The notes below the pieces were generated by a model that was not told where the DNA came from, ran no database searches, and saw only the letters and a program-made list of their open reading frames with translations. From NCBI GenBank assembly GCA_964016885.1, contig OZ024741.1, forward strand, positions 312,294,001-312,358,000: a stretch of 64,000 bases of DNA, written 5' to 3'. A program made the translations under genes and the position numbers. The first letter of the stretch is position 1, and each line of letters opens with the position of its first letter. The stretch is from Eledone cirrhosa (taxonomy: Eukaryota). Of the stretch, positions 13,201 through 29,145 are shown piece by piece.

Positions 13201-16200
13201 AACTTGTAGAAAACTTATAATGAAACAATTGTTTGGAAAGAGAGATATATTTTAACTTTAATTATGTCTCATTTAAAATAATACAACTGCATTTACACAA
13301 AATACATATAGTTAGCACCCGAAACACTTAAATTAGGTTTATACTAACGTATAACCTAATTTTTGTTGAGTGAGATGGTTACCAGTCGGAGTTTAGCTTA
13401 AAGCTAGCTCTGTTATTGTATTAAATATTTTACTCTTGATTTGGCCAGAGACTTTTATTTCCAGGTACCTTATAAACATGACTTTCCGTATTTATTACTG
13501 TTATGAGATATTGTTTGTTTTTTTGGGTATCACTTCTCTGTTTTTAGCCTAAGAAAATATCTATATGCGTGTGTAAATACTTACATGCATACATTTATTT
13601 TTTTAAATTAATTGATTTCTTAACACGAAGGATTGATAATGTTTGTGAAAAAACTAATTAACCCACGTGTATATTATTTTACTTTTCTCGTGACTCGTGG
13701 TTGTCTCTCTTTTCCGCTTAGTGACGCTATGATACTTCCTCAGTCAAAAGACTGCTGGAATTTCAAATTTGGCGGTCATTCGATGCGTGAAGGGACAACT
13801 TAGCGGACACGAAAATAAACTGCGCTAACGAATGTTTTCTTGTATCAAAGTTTAATGGGCATCCACTGACGATTTATAAGTGCCCACCTAAATATATTCT
13901 TACATGAAAATATGTTAGGCTTCTACATAAACTGGAAACATTCTCCCAACTTGCAGAAAACTTATAATGAAACAATTGTTTGGAAAGAGAGATATATTTT
14001 AACTTTAATTATGTCTCATATAAAATAATACAACTGGCTTTCCACAAAATACATATAGTTAGCACCCCAAACACTTAAATTAGGTTTATACTAACGTATA
14101 ACCTAATTTTTGTTGAGTGAGATGGTTACCAGTCGGAGTTTAGCTTAAAGCTATCTCTGTTATTGTATTAAATATTTTACTCTTGATTTGGCCAGAGACT
14201 TTTATTTCCAGGTACCTTATAAACATGACTTTCCGTATTTATTAATGTTATGAGATATTGTTTGTTTTTTGGGGTATCACTTCTCTGTTTTTAGCCTAAG
14301 AAAATATCTATATGCGTGTGTAAATACTTACATGCATACATTTATTTTTTTAAATTAATTGATTTCTTAACACGAAGGATTGATAATGTTTGTGAAAAAA
14401 ATTATTAACCCACGTGTATATTATTTTACTTTTCTCGTGACTCGTGGTTGTCTCTCTTTTCCGCTTAGTGACGCTATGATACTTCCTCAGTCAAAAGACT
14501 GCTGGAATTTCAAATTTGGCGGTCATTCGATGCGTGAAGGGACAACTTAGCGGACACGAAAATTAACTGCGCTAACGAATGTTTTCTTGTATCAAAGTTT
14601 AATGGGCATCCACTGACGATTTATAAGTGCCCACCTAAATATATTCTTACATGAAAATATGTTAGGCTTCTACATAAACTGGAAACATTCTCCCAACTTG
14701 CAGAAAACTTATAATGAAACAATTGTTTGGAAAGAGAGATATATTTTAACTTTAATTATGTCTCATATAAAATAATACAACTGGCTTTCCACAAAATACA
14801 TATAGTTAGCACCCCAAACACTTAAATTAGGTTTATACTAACGTATAACCTAATTTTTGTTGAGTGAGATGGTTACCAGTCGGAGTTTAGCTTAAAGCTA
14901 TCTCTGTTATTGTATTAAATATTTTACTCTTGATTTGGCCAGAGACTTTTATTTCCAGGTACCTTATAAACATGACTTTCCGTATTTATTAATGTTATGA
15001 GATATTGTTTGTTTTTTGGGGTATCACTTCTCTGTTTTTAGCCTAAGAAAATATCTATATGCGTGTGTAAATACTTACATGCATACATTTATTTTTTTAA
15101 ATTAATTGAGTTCTTAACACGCAGGATTGATAATGTTTGGGAAAAAACTAATTAACCCACGTGTATATTATTTTACTTTTCGCGTGACTCGTGGTTGTCT
15201 CTCTTTTGCGCTTCGTGACGCTATGATACTTCCTCAGTCAAAAGACTGCTGGAATTTCAAATTTGGCGGTCATTCGATGCGTGAAGGGACAACTTAGCGG
15301 ACACGAAAATTAACTGCGCTAAGGAATTTTTTCTTATATCAAAGTTTAATGGGCTTCCACTGACGATTTATAAGTGCCCACCTAAATATATTCTTAGATG
15401 AAAATATGTTAGGCTTCTACATAAACTGGAAACATTCTCCCAACTTGTAGAGAACTTATAATGAAACAATTGTTTGGAAAGAGAGATATATTTTAACTTT
15501 AATTATGTCTCATATAAAATAATACAACTGGCGTTCCACAAAATGCATATAGTTAGCACCCCAAACACTTAAATTAGGTTTATACTAACGTATAACCTAA
15601 TGTTTGTTGAGTGAGATGGTTACCAGTCGGAGTTTAGCTTAAAGCTATCTCTGTTATTGTATTAAATATTTTACTTTTGATTTGACCAGTGACTTTTATT
15701 TCAAGGTACCTTATAAACATGACTTTCCGTATTTATTACTGTTATGAGATATTGTTTGTTTTTTTTGGGTATCACTTCTCTGTTTTTAGCCTAAGATAAT
15801 ATCTATATGCGTGTGTAAATACTTACATGCATACATTTATTTTTTTAAATTAATTGAGTTCTTAACACGCAGGATTGATAATGTTTGTGAAAAAACTAAT
15901 TAACCCACGTGTATATTATTTTACTTTTCTCGTGACTCGTGGTTGTCTCTCTTTTCCGCTTCGTGACGCTATGATACTTCCTCAGTCAAAAGACTGCTGG
16001 AATTTCAAATTTGGCGGTCATTCGATGCGTGAAGGGACAACTTAGCGGAAATGAAAATTAACTGCGCTAAGGAATTTTTTCTTATAGCAAAGTTTAATGG
16101 GCTTCCACTGACGATTTATAAGTGCCCACCTAAATATATTCTTACATGAAAATATGTTAGGCTTCTACATAAACTGGAAACATTCTCCCAACTTGTAGAA

Positions 16201-19200
16201 CACTTATAATGAAACAATTGTTTGGAAAGAGAGATATATTTTAACTTTAATTATGTCTCATATAAAATAATACAACTGGATTTCCACAAAATACATATAG
16301 TTAGCACCCGAAACACTTAAATTAGGTTTATACTAACGTATAACCTAATTTTTGTTGAGTGAGATGGTTACCAGTCGGAGTTTAGCTTAAAGCTAGCTCT
16401 GTTATTGTATTAAATATTTTACTCTTGATTTGGCCAGAGACTTTTATTTCCAGGTACCTTATAAACATGACTTTCCGTATTTATTACTGTTATGAGATAT
16501 TGTTTGTTTTTTTGGGTATCACTTCTCTGTTTTTAGCCTAAGAAAATATCTATATGCGTGTGTAAATACTTACATGCATACATTTATTTTTTAAAATTAA
16601 TTGAGTTCTTAACACGCAGGATTGATAATGTTTGTGAAAAAACTAATTAACCCACGTGTATATTATTTTACTTTTCTCGTGACTCGTGGTTGTCTCTCTT
16701 TTCCGCTTCGTGACGCTATGATACTTCCTCAGTCAAAAGACTGCTGGAATTTCAAATTTGGCGGTCATTCGATGCGTGAAGGGACAACTTAGCGGACACG
16801 AAAATTAACTGCGCTAAGGAATTTTTACTTGTATCAAAGTTTAATGGGCATCCACTGACGATTTATAAGTGCCCACCTAAATATATTCTTACATGAAAAT
16901 ATGTTAGGCTTCTACATAAACTGGAAACAATCTCCCAACTTGCAGAAAACTTATAATGAAACAATTGTTTGGAAAGAGAGATATATTTTAACTTTAATTA
17001 TGTCTCATATAAAATAATACAACTGGCTTTCCGCAAAATACATATAGTTAGCACCCGAAACACTTAAATTAGCTTTATACTAGCGTAAAACCTAATTTTT
17101 GTTGAGTGAGATGGTTACCAGTCGGAGTTTAGCTTAAAGCAATCTCTGTTATTGTATTAAATATTTTACTCTTGATTTGGCCAGAGACTTTTATTTCCAG
17201 GTACCTTATAAACATGACTTTCCGTATTTATTACTGTTATGAGATATTGTTTTTTTTGGGGGGTATCACTTCTCTGTTTTTAGCCTAAGAAAATATCTAT
17301 ATGCGTGTGTAAATACTTACTTGCATTCATTTATTTTTTTTAATTAATTGAGTTCTTAACACGCAGGATTGATAATGTTTGTGAAAAAACTAATTAACCC
17401 GCGTGTATATTATTTTACTTTTCTCGTGACTCGTGGTTGTCTCTCTTTTCCGCTTCGTGACGCTATGATACTTCCTCAGTCAAAAGACTGCTGGAATTTC
17501 AAATTTGGCGGTCATTCGATGCGTGAATGGACAACTTAGCGGACACGAAAATTAACTGCGCTAACGAATGTTTTCTTGTATCAAAGTTTAATGGGCATCC
17601 ACTGACGATTTATAAGTGCCCACCTAAATATATTCTTACATGAAAATATGTTAGGCTTCTACATAAACTGGAAACATTCTCCCAACTTGCAGAAAACTTA
17701 TAATGAAACAATTGTTTGGAAAGAGAGATATATTTTAACTTTAATTATGTCTCATATAAAATAATACAACTGGCTTTCCACAAAATACATATAGTTAGCA
17801 CCCCAAACACTTAAATTAGGTTTATACTAACGTATAAAGTAATGTTTGTTGAGTGAGATGGTTACCAGTCGGAGTTTAGCTTAAAGCAATCTCTGTTATT
17901 GTATTAAATATTTTACTTTTGATTTGGCCAGAGACTTTTATTTCAAGGTACCTTATAAACATGACATTCGGTATTTATTAATGTTATGAGATATTGTTTG
18001 TTTTTTTGGGTATCACTTCTCTGTTTTTAGCCTAAGAAAATATCTATATGCGTGTGTAAATACTTACATGCATACATTTATTTTTTTTAATTAATTGAGT
18101 TCTTAACACGCAGGATTGATAATGTTTGTGAAAAAACTAATTAACCCACGTGTATATTATTTTACTTTTCTCGTGACTCGTGGTTGTCTCTCTTTTCCGC
18201 TTCGTGACGCTATGATACTTCCTCAGTCAAAAGACTGCTGGAATTTCAAATTTGGCGGTCATTCGATGCGTGAAGGGACAACTTAGCGGACACGAAAATT
18301 AACTGCGCTAAGGAATTTTTTCTTATATCAAAGTTTAATGGGCTTCCACTGACGATTTATAAGTGCCCACCTAAATATATTCTTAGATGAAAATATGTTA
18401 GGCTTCTACATAAACTGGAAACATTCTCCCAACTTGTAGAAAACTTATAATGAAACAATTGTTTGGAAAGAGAGATATATTTTAACTTTAATTATGTCTC
18501 ATTTAAAATAATACAACTGCATTTACACAAAATACATATAGTTAGCACCCGAAACACTTAAATTAGGTTTATACTAACGTATAACCTAATTTTTGTTGAG
18601 TGAGATGGTTACCAGTCGGAGTTTAGCTTAAAGCTAGCTCTGTTATTGTATTAAATATTTTACTCTTGATTTGGCCAGAGACTTTTATTTCCAGGTACCT
18701 TATAAACATGACTTTCCGTATTTATTACTGTTATGAGATATTGTTTGTTTTTTTGGGTATCACTTCTCTGTTTTTAGCCTAAGAAAATATCTATATGCGT
18801 GTGTAAATACTTACATGCATACATTTATTTTTTTAAATTAATTGATTTCTTAACACGAAGGATTGATAATGTTTGTGAAAAAACTAATTAACCCACGTGT
18901 ATATTATTTTACTTTTCTCGTGACTCGTGGTTGTCTCTCTTTTCCGCTTAGTGACGCTATGATACTTCCTCAGTCAAAAGACTGCTGGAATTTCAAATTT
19001 GGCGGTCATTCGATGCGTGAAGGGACAACTTAGCGGACACGAAAATTAACTGCGCTAACGAATGTTTTCTTGTATCAAAGTTTAATGGGCATCCACTGAC
19101 GATTTATAAGTGCCCACCTAAATATATTCTTACATGAAAATATGTTAGGCTTCTACATAAACTGGAAACATTCTCCCAACTTGCAGAAAACTTATAATGA

Positions 19201-22200
19201 AACAATTGTTTGGAAAGAGAGATATATTTTAACTTTAATTATGTCTCATATAAAATAATACAACTGGCTTTCCACAAAATACATATAGTTAGCACCCGAA
19301 ACACTTAAATTAGGTTTATACTAACGTATAACCTAATTTTTGTTGAGTGAGATGGTTACCAGTCGGAGTTTAGCTTAAAGCTATCTCTGTTATTGTATTA
19401 AATATTTTACTCTTGATTTGGCCAGAGACTTTTATTTCCAGGTACCTTATAAACATGACTTTCCGTATTTATTAATGTTATGAGATATTGTTTGTTTTTT
19501 GGGGTATCACTTCTCTGTTTTTAGCCTAAGAAAATATCTATATGCGTGTGTAAATACTTACATGCATACATTTATTTTTTTAAATTAATTGATTTCTTAA
19601 CACGAAGGATTGATAATGTTTGTGAAAAAAATTATTAACCCACGTGTATATTATTTTACTTTTCTCGTGACTCGTGGTTGTCTCTCTTTTCCGCTTAGTG
19701 ACGCTATGATACTTCCTCAGTCAAAAGACTGCTGGAATTTCAAATTTGGCGGTCATTCGATGCGTGAAGGGACAACTTAGCGGACACGAAAATTAACTGA
19801 GCTAACGAATGTTTTCTTGTATCAAAGTTTAATGGGCATCCACTGACGATTTATAAGTGCCCACCTAAATATATTCTTACATGAAAATATGTTAGGCTTC
19901 TACATAAACTGGAAACATTCTCCCAACTTGCAGAAAACTTATAATGAAACAATTGTTTGGAAAGAGAGATATATTTTAACTTTAATTATGTCTCATATAA
20001 AATATTACAACTGGCTTTCCACAAAATACATATAGTTAGCACCCCAAACACTTAAATTAGGTTTATACTAACGTATAACCTAATTTTTGTTGAGTGAGAT
20101 GGTTACCAGTCGGGGTTTAGCTTAAAGCTATCTCTGTTATTGTATTAAATATTTTACTCTTGATTTGGCCAGAGACTTTTATTTCCAGGTACCTTATAAA
20201 CATGACTTTCCGTATTTATTAATGTTATGAGATATTGTTTGTTTTTTGGGGTATCACTTCTCTGTTTTTAGCCTAAGAAAATATCTATATGCGTGTGTAA
20301 ATACTTACATGCATACATTTATTTTTTTAAATTAATTGATTTCTTAACACGAAGGATTGATAATGTTTGTGAAAAAACTAATTAACCCACGTGTATATTA
20401 TTTTACTTTTCTCGTGACTCGTGGTTGTCTCTCTTTTCCGCTTAGTGACGCTATGATACTTTCTCAGTCAAAAGACTGCTGGAATTTCAAATTTGGCGGT
20501 CATTCGATGCGTGAAGGGACAACTTAGCGGACACGAAAATTAACTGCGGTAAGGAATGTTTTCTCATATCGAAGTTTAATAGGCTTCCACTGACGATTTA
20601 TAAGTGCCCACCTAAATATATTCTTACATGAAAATATGTTAGGCTTCTACATAAACTGGAAACATTCACCCAACTTGCTGAAAACTTATAATGAAACAAT
20701 TGTTTGGAAAGAGAGATATATTTTAACTTTAATTATGTCTCATATAAAATAATACAACTGGCTTTCCACAAAATACATATAGTTAGCAACCCAAACACTT
20801 AAATTAGGTTTATACTAACGTATAAAGTAATGTTTGTTGAGTGAGATGGTTACCAGTCGGAGTTTAGCTTAAAGCAATCTCTGTTATTGTATTAAATATT
20901 TTACTTTTGATTTGGCCAGAGACTTTTATTTCAAGGTACCTTATAAACATGACTTTCGCTATTTATTAATGTTATGAGATATTGTTTGTTTGTTTTGGTA
21001 TCACTTCTCTGTTTTTAGCCTAAGAAAATATCTATATGCGTGTGTAAATACTTACATGCATAGATTTTTTTTTTTAATTAATTGAGTTCTTAACACGCAG
21101 GATTGATAATGTTTGTGAAAAAACTAATTAACCCACGTGTATTTTATTTTACTTTTCTCGTGACTCGTGGTTGTCTCTCTTTTCCGCTTCGTGACGCTAT
21201 GATACTTCCTCAGTCAAAAGACTGCTGGAATTTCAAATTTGGCGGTCATTCGATGCGTGAAGGGACAACTTAGCGGACACGAAAATTAACTGCGCTAACG
21301 AATGTTTTCTTGTATCAAAGTTTAATGGGCATCCACTGACGATTTATAAGTGCCCACCTAAATATATTCTTACATGAAAATATGTTAGGCTTCTACATAA
21401 ACTGGAAACATTCTCCCAACTTGCAGAAAACTTATAATGAAACAATTGTTTGGAAAGAGAGATATATTTTAACTTTAATTATGTCTCATATAAAATAATA
21501 CAACTGGCTTTCCACAAAATACATATAGTTAGCACCCCAAACACTTAAATTAGGTTTATACTAACGTATAACCTAATTTTTGTTGAGTGAGATGGTTACC
21601 AGTCGGAGTTTAGCTTAAAGCTATCTCTGTTATTGTATTAAATATTTTACTCTTGATTTGGCCAGAGACTTTTATTTCCAGGTACCTTATAAACATGACT
21701 TTCCGTATTTATTAATGTTATGAGATATTGTTTGTTTTTTGGGGTATCACTTCTCTGTTTTTAGCCTAAGAAAATATCTATATGCGTGTGTAAATACTTA
21801 CATGCATACATTTATTTTTTTAAATTAATTGAGTTCTTAACACGCAGGATTGATAATGTTTGGGAAAAAACTAATTAACCCACGTGTATATTATTTTACT
21901 TTTCGCGTGACTCGTGGTTGTCTCTCTTTTGCGCTTCGTGACGCTATGATACTTCCTCAGTCAAAAGACTGCTGGAATTTCAAATTTGGCGGTAATTCGA
22001 TGCGTGAACGGTCAACTTAGCGGACACGAAAATTAACTGCGGTAAGGAATTTTTTCTTATATGAAAGTTTAATGGGCTTCCACTGACGATTTATAAATGC
22101 CCACCTAAATATATTCTTACATGAAAATATGTTAGGCTTCTACATAAACTGGAAACATTCTCCCAACTTGTAGAAAACTTATAATGAAACAATTGTTTGG

Positions 22201-25200
22201 AAAGAGAGATATATTTTAACTTTAATTATGTCTCATATAAAATAATACAACTGGCTTTCCGCAAAATACATATAGTTAGCACCCCAAACACTTAAATTAG
22301 GTTTATACTAACGTATAACCTAATGTTTGTTGAGTGAGATGGTTACCAGTCGGAGTTTAGCTTAAAGCTATCTCTGTTATTGTATTAAATATTTTACTCT
22401 TGATTTGGCCAGAGACTTTTATTTCCAGGTACCTTATAAACATGACTTTCCGTATTTATTACTGTTATGAGATATTGTTTGTTTTTTTTGGGGTATCACT
22501 TCTCTGTTTTTAGCCTAAGAAAATATCTATATGCGTGCGTAAATACTTACATGCATACATTTATTTTTTTAAGTTAATTGAGTTCTTAACACGCAGGATT
22601 GATAATGTTTGTGAAAAAAATAATTAATCCACGTGTATATTATTTTACTTTTCTCGTGACTCGTGGTTGTCTCTCTTTTCCGCTTCGTGACGCTATGATA
22701 CTTCCTCAGTCAAAAGACTGCTGGAATTTCAAATTTGGCGGTCATTCGATGCGTGAAGGGACAATTTAGCGGACACGAAATTTAACTGCGGTAAGGAATT
22801 TTTTCTTATATCAAAGTTTAATGGGCTTCCACTGACGATGTATAAGTGCCCACCTAAATATATTCTTACATGAAAATATGTTAGGCTTCTACATAAACTG
22901 GAAACATTCTCCCAACTTGTAGAAAACTTATAATGAAACAATTGTTTGGAAAGAGAGATATATTTTAACTTTAAATATGTCTCATATAAAATAATACAAC
23001 TGGCATTCCGCAAAATACATATAGTTAGCACCCCAAACACTTAAATTAGGTTTATACTAACGTATAACCTAATGTTTGTTGAGTGAGATGGTTACCAGTC
23101 GGAGTTTAGCTTAAAGCTATCTCTGTTATTGTATTCAATATTTTACTCTTGATTTGGCCAGAGACTTTTATTTCCAGGTACCTTATAAACATGACTTTCC
23201 GTATTTATTACTGTTATGAGATATCGTTTGTTTTTTTTGGTATCACTTCTCTGTTTTTAGCTTAAGAAAATATCTATATGCGTGTGTAAATACTTACATG
23301 CATACATTTATTTTTTTAAGTTAATTGAGTTCTTAACACGCAGGCCTGATAATGTTTGTGAAAAAACTAATTAACCCACGTGTATATTATTTTACTATTC
23401 TCGTGACCCGTGGTTGTCTCTCTTTTCCGCTTCGTGACGTTATGATACTTCCTCAGTCAAAAGACTGCTGGAATTTCAAATTTGGCGGTCATTCGATGCG
23501 TGAAGGGACAACTTAGCGGACACGAAAATTAACTGCGCTAACGAATGTTTTCTCGTATCAAAGTTTAATGGGCATCAACTGACGATTTATAAGTGCCCAC
23601 CTAAATATATTCTTACATGAAAATATGTTAGGCTTCTACATAAACTGGAAACATTCTCCCAACTTGCAGAAAACTTATAAAGAAACAATTGTTTGGAAAG
23701 AGAGATACATTTTAACTTTAATTATGTCTCATATAAAATAATACAACTGGATTTCCACAAAATACGTATAGTTAGCACCCGAAACACTTAAATTAGGTTT
23801 ATACTAACGTATAACCTAATTTTTGTTGAGTGAGATGGTTACCAGTCGGAGTTTAGCTTAAAGCTATCTCTGTTATTGTATTAAATATTTTACTCTTGAT
23901 TTGGCCAGAGACTTTTATTTCCAGGTACCTTATAAACATGACTTTCCGTATTTATTACTGTTATGAGATATTGTTTGTTTTTTTTGGGTATCACTTCTCT
24001 GTTTTTAGCCTAAGAAAATATCTATATGCGTGTGTAAATACTTACATGCATACATTTATTTTTTTAAATTAATTGAGTTCTTAACACGCAGGATTGATAA
24101 TGTTTGTGAAAAAACTAATTAACCCACGTGTATATTATTTTACTTTTCTCGTGACTCGTGGTTGTCTCTCTTTTCCGCTTAGTGACGTTATGATACTTCC
24201 TCAGTCAAAAGACTGCTGGTATTTCAAATTTGGCGGTCATTCGATGCGTGAAGGGTCAACTTAGCGGACACGAAAATTAACTGCGGTAAGGAATTTTTTC
24301 TTATATCAAAGTTTAATGGGCTTCCACTGACGATTTATAAGTGTCCACCTAAATATATTCTTACATGAAAATATGTTAGGCTTCTACATAAACTGGAAAC
24401 ATTCTCCCAACTTGTAGAAAACTTATAATGAAACAATTGTTTGGAAAGAGAGATATATTTTAACTTTAATTATGTCTCATATAAAATAATACAACTGGCT
24501 TTCCACAAAATACATATAGTTAGCACCCGAAACACTTAAATTGGGTTTATACTAACGTATAACCTAATTTTTGTTGAGTGAGATGGTTACCAGTCGGAGT
24601 TTAGCTTAAAGCTATCTCTGTTATCGTATTAAATATTTTACTCATGATTTGGCCAGAGACTTTTATTTCCAGGTACCTTATAAACACGACTTTGCGTATT
24701 TATTACTGTTATGAGATATTGTTTGTTTTTTTGGGTATCACTTCTCTGTTTTTAGCTTAAGAAAATATCTATATGCGTGTGTAAATAATTACATGCATAC
24801 ATTTATTTTTTTAAGTTAATTGAGTTCATAACACGCAGGACTGATAATGTTTGTGAAAAAACTAATTAACCCACGTGTATTTTATTTTACTTTTCTCGTG
24901 ACCCGTGGTTGTCTCTCTTTTCCGCTTCGTGACGCTATGATACTTCCTCAGTCAAAAGACTGCTGGAATTTCAAATTTGGCGGTCATTCGATGCGTAAAG
25001 GGACAACTTAGCGGACACGAAAATTAACTGCGCTAACGAATGTTTTCTTGTATCAAAGTTTAATGGGCATCCACTGACGACTTATAAGTGTCCACCTAAA
25101 TATATTCTTACATGAAAATATGTTAGGCTTCTACATAAACTAGAAACATTCTCCCAACTTGTAGAAAACTTATAATGAAACAATTGTTTGGAAAGAGAGA

Positions 25201-28200
25201 TATATTTTAACTTTAATTATGTCTCATATAAAATAATACAACTGGCTTTCCACAAAATACATATAGTTAGCACCCGAAACACTTAAATTAGGTTTATACT
25301 AACGTATAACCTAATGTTTGTTGAGTAAGATGGTTACCAGTCGGAGTTTAGCTTAAAGCTATCTCTGTTATTGTATTAAATATTTTACTCTTGATTTGGC
25401 CAGAGACTTTTATTTCCAGTTACCTTATAAACATGACTTTCCGTATTTATTACTGTTATGAGATATTGTTTTTTTTTGGGGGGGGGGGTATCACTTCTCT
25501 GTTTTTAGCCTAAGAAAATATCTATATGCGTGTGTAAATACTTACATGCATACATTTATTTTTTTAAATTAATTGAGTTCTTAACACGCAGGATTGATAA
25601 TGTTTGGGAAAAAACTAATTAACCCACGTGTATATTATTTTACTTTTCGCGTGACTCGTGGTTGTCTCTCTTTTGCGCTTCGTGACGCTATGATACTTCC
25701 TCAGTCAAAAGACTGCTGGAATTTCAAATTTGGCGGTCATTCGATGCGTGAAGGGTCAACTTAGCGGACACGAAAATTAACTGCGGTAAGGAATTTTTTC
25801 TTATATGAAAGTTTAATGGGCTTCCACTGACGATTTATAAATGCCCACCTAAATATATTCTTACATGAAAATATGTTAGGCTTCTACATAAACTGGAAAC
25901 ATTCTCCCAACTTGTAGAAAACTTATAATGAAACAATTGTTTGGAAAGAGAGATATATTTTAACTTTGATTATGTCTCATATAAAATAATACAACTGGCT
26001 TTCCGCAAAATACATATAGTTAGCACCCCAAACACTTAAATTAGGTTTATACTAACGTATAACCTAATGTTTGTTGAGTGAGATGGTTACCAGTCGGAGT
26101 TTAGCTTAAAGCTATCTCTGTTATTGTATTAAATATTTTACTCTTGATTTGGCCAGAGACTTTTATTTCCAGGTACCTTATAAACATGACTTTCCGTATT
26201 TATTACTGTTATGAGATATTGTTTTTTTTTTTTGGGGTATCACTTCTCTGTTTTTAGCCTAAGAAAATATCTATATGCGTGCGTAAATACTTACATGCAT
26301 ACATTTATTTTTTTAAGTTAATTGAGTTCTTAACACGCAGGATTGATAATGTTTGTGAAAAAAATAATTAATCCACGTGTATATTATTTTACTTTTCTCG
26401 TGACTCGTGGTTGTCTCTCTTTTCCGCTTCGTGACGCTATGATACTTCCTCAGTCAAAAGACTGCTGGAATTTCAAATTTGGCGGTCATTCGATGCGTGA
26501 AGGGACAATTTAGCGGACACGAAAATTAACTGCGGTAAGGAATTTTTTCTTATATCAAAGTTTAATGGGCTTCCACTGACGATTTATAAGTGCCCACCTA
26601 AATATATTCTTACATGAAAATATGTTAGGCTTCTACATAAACTGGAAACATTCTCCCAACTTGTAGAAAACTTATAATGAAACAATTGTTTGGAAAGAGA
26701 GATATATTTTAACTTTAAATATGTCTCATATAAAATAATACAACTGGCTTTCCGCAAAATACATATAGTTAGCACCCCAAACACTTAAATTAGGTTTATA
26801 CTAACGTATAACCTAATGTTTGTTGAGTGAGATGGTTACCAGTCGGAGTTTAGCTTAAAGCTATCTCTGTTATTGTATTCAATATTTTACTCTTGATTTG
26901 GCCAGAGACTTTTATTTCCAGGTACCTTATAAACATGACTTTCCGTATTTATTACTGTCATGAGATATCGTTTGTTTTTTTGGGTATCACTTCTCTGATT
27001 TTAGCTTAAGAAAATATCTATATGCGTGTGTAAATACCTACATGCATACATTTATTTTTTTAAGTTAATTGAGTTCTTAACACGCAGGACTGATAATGTT
27101 TGTGAAAAAACTAATTAACCCACGTGTATATTATTTTACTATTCTCGTGACCCGTGGTTGTCTCTCTTTTCCGCTTCGTGACGCTATGATACTTCCTCAG
27201 TCAAAAGACTGCTGGAATTTCAAATTTGGCGGTCATTCGATGCGTGAAGGGACAACTTAGCGGACACGAAAATTAACTGCGCTAACGAATGTTTTCTCGT
27301 ATCAAAGTTTAATGGGCATCAACTGACGATTTATAAGTGCCCACCTAAATATATTCTTACATGAAAATATGTGAGGCTTCTACATAAACTGGAAACATTC
27401 TCCCAACTTGCAGAAAACTTATAAAGAAACAATTGTTTGGAAAGAGAGATATATTTTAACTTTAATTATGTCTCATATAAAATAATGCAACTGGCTTTCC
27501 ACAAAATACATATAGTTAGCACCCGAAACACTTAAATTAGGTTTATACTAACGTATAACCTAATTTTTGTTGAGTGAGATGGTTACCAGTCGGAGTTTAG
27601 CTTAAAGCTATCTCTGTTATTGTATTAAATATTTTACTCTTGATTTGGCCAGAGTCTTTTATTTCCAGGTACCTTATAAACATGACTTTCCGTATTTATT
27701 ACTGTTATGAGATATTGTTTGTTTTTTTTGGGTATCACTTCTCTGTTTTTAGCCTAAGAAAATATCTATATGCGTGTGTAAATACTTACATGCATACATT
27801 TATTTTTTTAAATTAATTGAGTTCTTAACACGCAGGATTGATAATGTTTGTGAAAAAACTAATTAACCCACGTGTATATTATTTTACTTTTCTCGTGACT
27901 CGTGGTTGTCTCTCTTTTCCGCTTAGTGACGTTATGATACTTCCTCAGTCAAAAGACTGCTGGAATTTCAAATTTGGCGATCATTCGATGCGTGAAGGGT
28001 CAACTTAGCGGACACGAAAATTAACTGCGGTAAGGAATTTTTTCTTATATCAAAGTTTAATGGGCTTCCACTGACGATTTATAAGTGTCCACCTAAATAT
28101 ATTCTTACATGAAAATATGTTAGGCTTCTACATAAACTGGAAACATTCTCCCAACTTGTAGAAAACTTATAATGAAACAATTGTTTGGAAAGAGAGATAT

Positions 28201-29145
28201 ATTTTAACTTTAATTATGTCTCATATAAAATAATACAACTGGCTTTCCACAAAATACATATAGTTAGCACCCGAAACACTTAAATTGGGTTTATACTAAC
28301 GTATAACCTAATTTTTGTTGAGTGAGATGGTTACCAGTCGGAGTTTAGCTTAAAGCTATCTCTGTTATCGTATTAAATATTTTACTCATGATTTGGCCAG
28401 AGACTTTTATTTCCAGGTACCTTATAAACACGACTTTCCGTATTTATTACTGTTATGAGATATTGTTTGTTTTTTGGGGTATCACTTCTCTGTTTTTAGC
28501 TTAAGAAAATATCTATATGCGTGTGTAAATACTTACATGCATACATTTATTTTTTTAAGTTAATTGAGTTCATAACACGCAGGACTGATAATGTTTGTGA
28601 AAAAACTAATTAACCCACGTGTATTTTATTTTACTTTTCTCGTGACCCGTGGTTGTCTCTCTTTTCCGCTTCGTGACGCTATGATACTTCCTCAGTCAAA
28701 AGACTGCTGGAATTTCAAATTTGGCGGTCATTCGATGCGTAAAGGGACAACTTAGCGGACACGAAAATTAACTGCGCTAACGAATGTTTTCTTGTATCAA
28801 AGTTTAATCGGCATCCACTGACGACTTATAAGTGTCCACCTAAATATATTCTTACATGAAAATATGTTAGGCTTCTACATAAACTGGAAACATTCTCCCA
28901 ACTTGTAGAAAACTTATAATGAAACAATTGTTTGGAAAGAGAGATATATTTTAACTTTAATTATGTCTCATATAAAATAATACAACTGGCTTTCCACAAA
29001 ATACATATAGTTAGCACCCGAAACACTTAAATTAGGTTTATTCTAACGTATAACCTAATGTTTGTTGAGTAAGATGGTTACCAGTCGGAGTTTAGCTTAA
29101 AGCTATCTCTGTTATTGTATTAAATATTTTACTCTTGATTTGGCC

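Noticed and set aside
22729-23040. 103-aa and 66-aa (26584..26784) minus-strand ORFs in the satellite
   Set aside because: They appear in only two monomers, where a TTAATT>TTAAAT change removes a stop; no recognisable domain.
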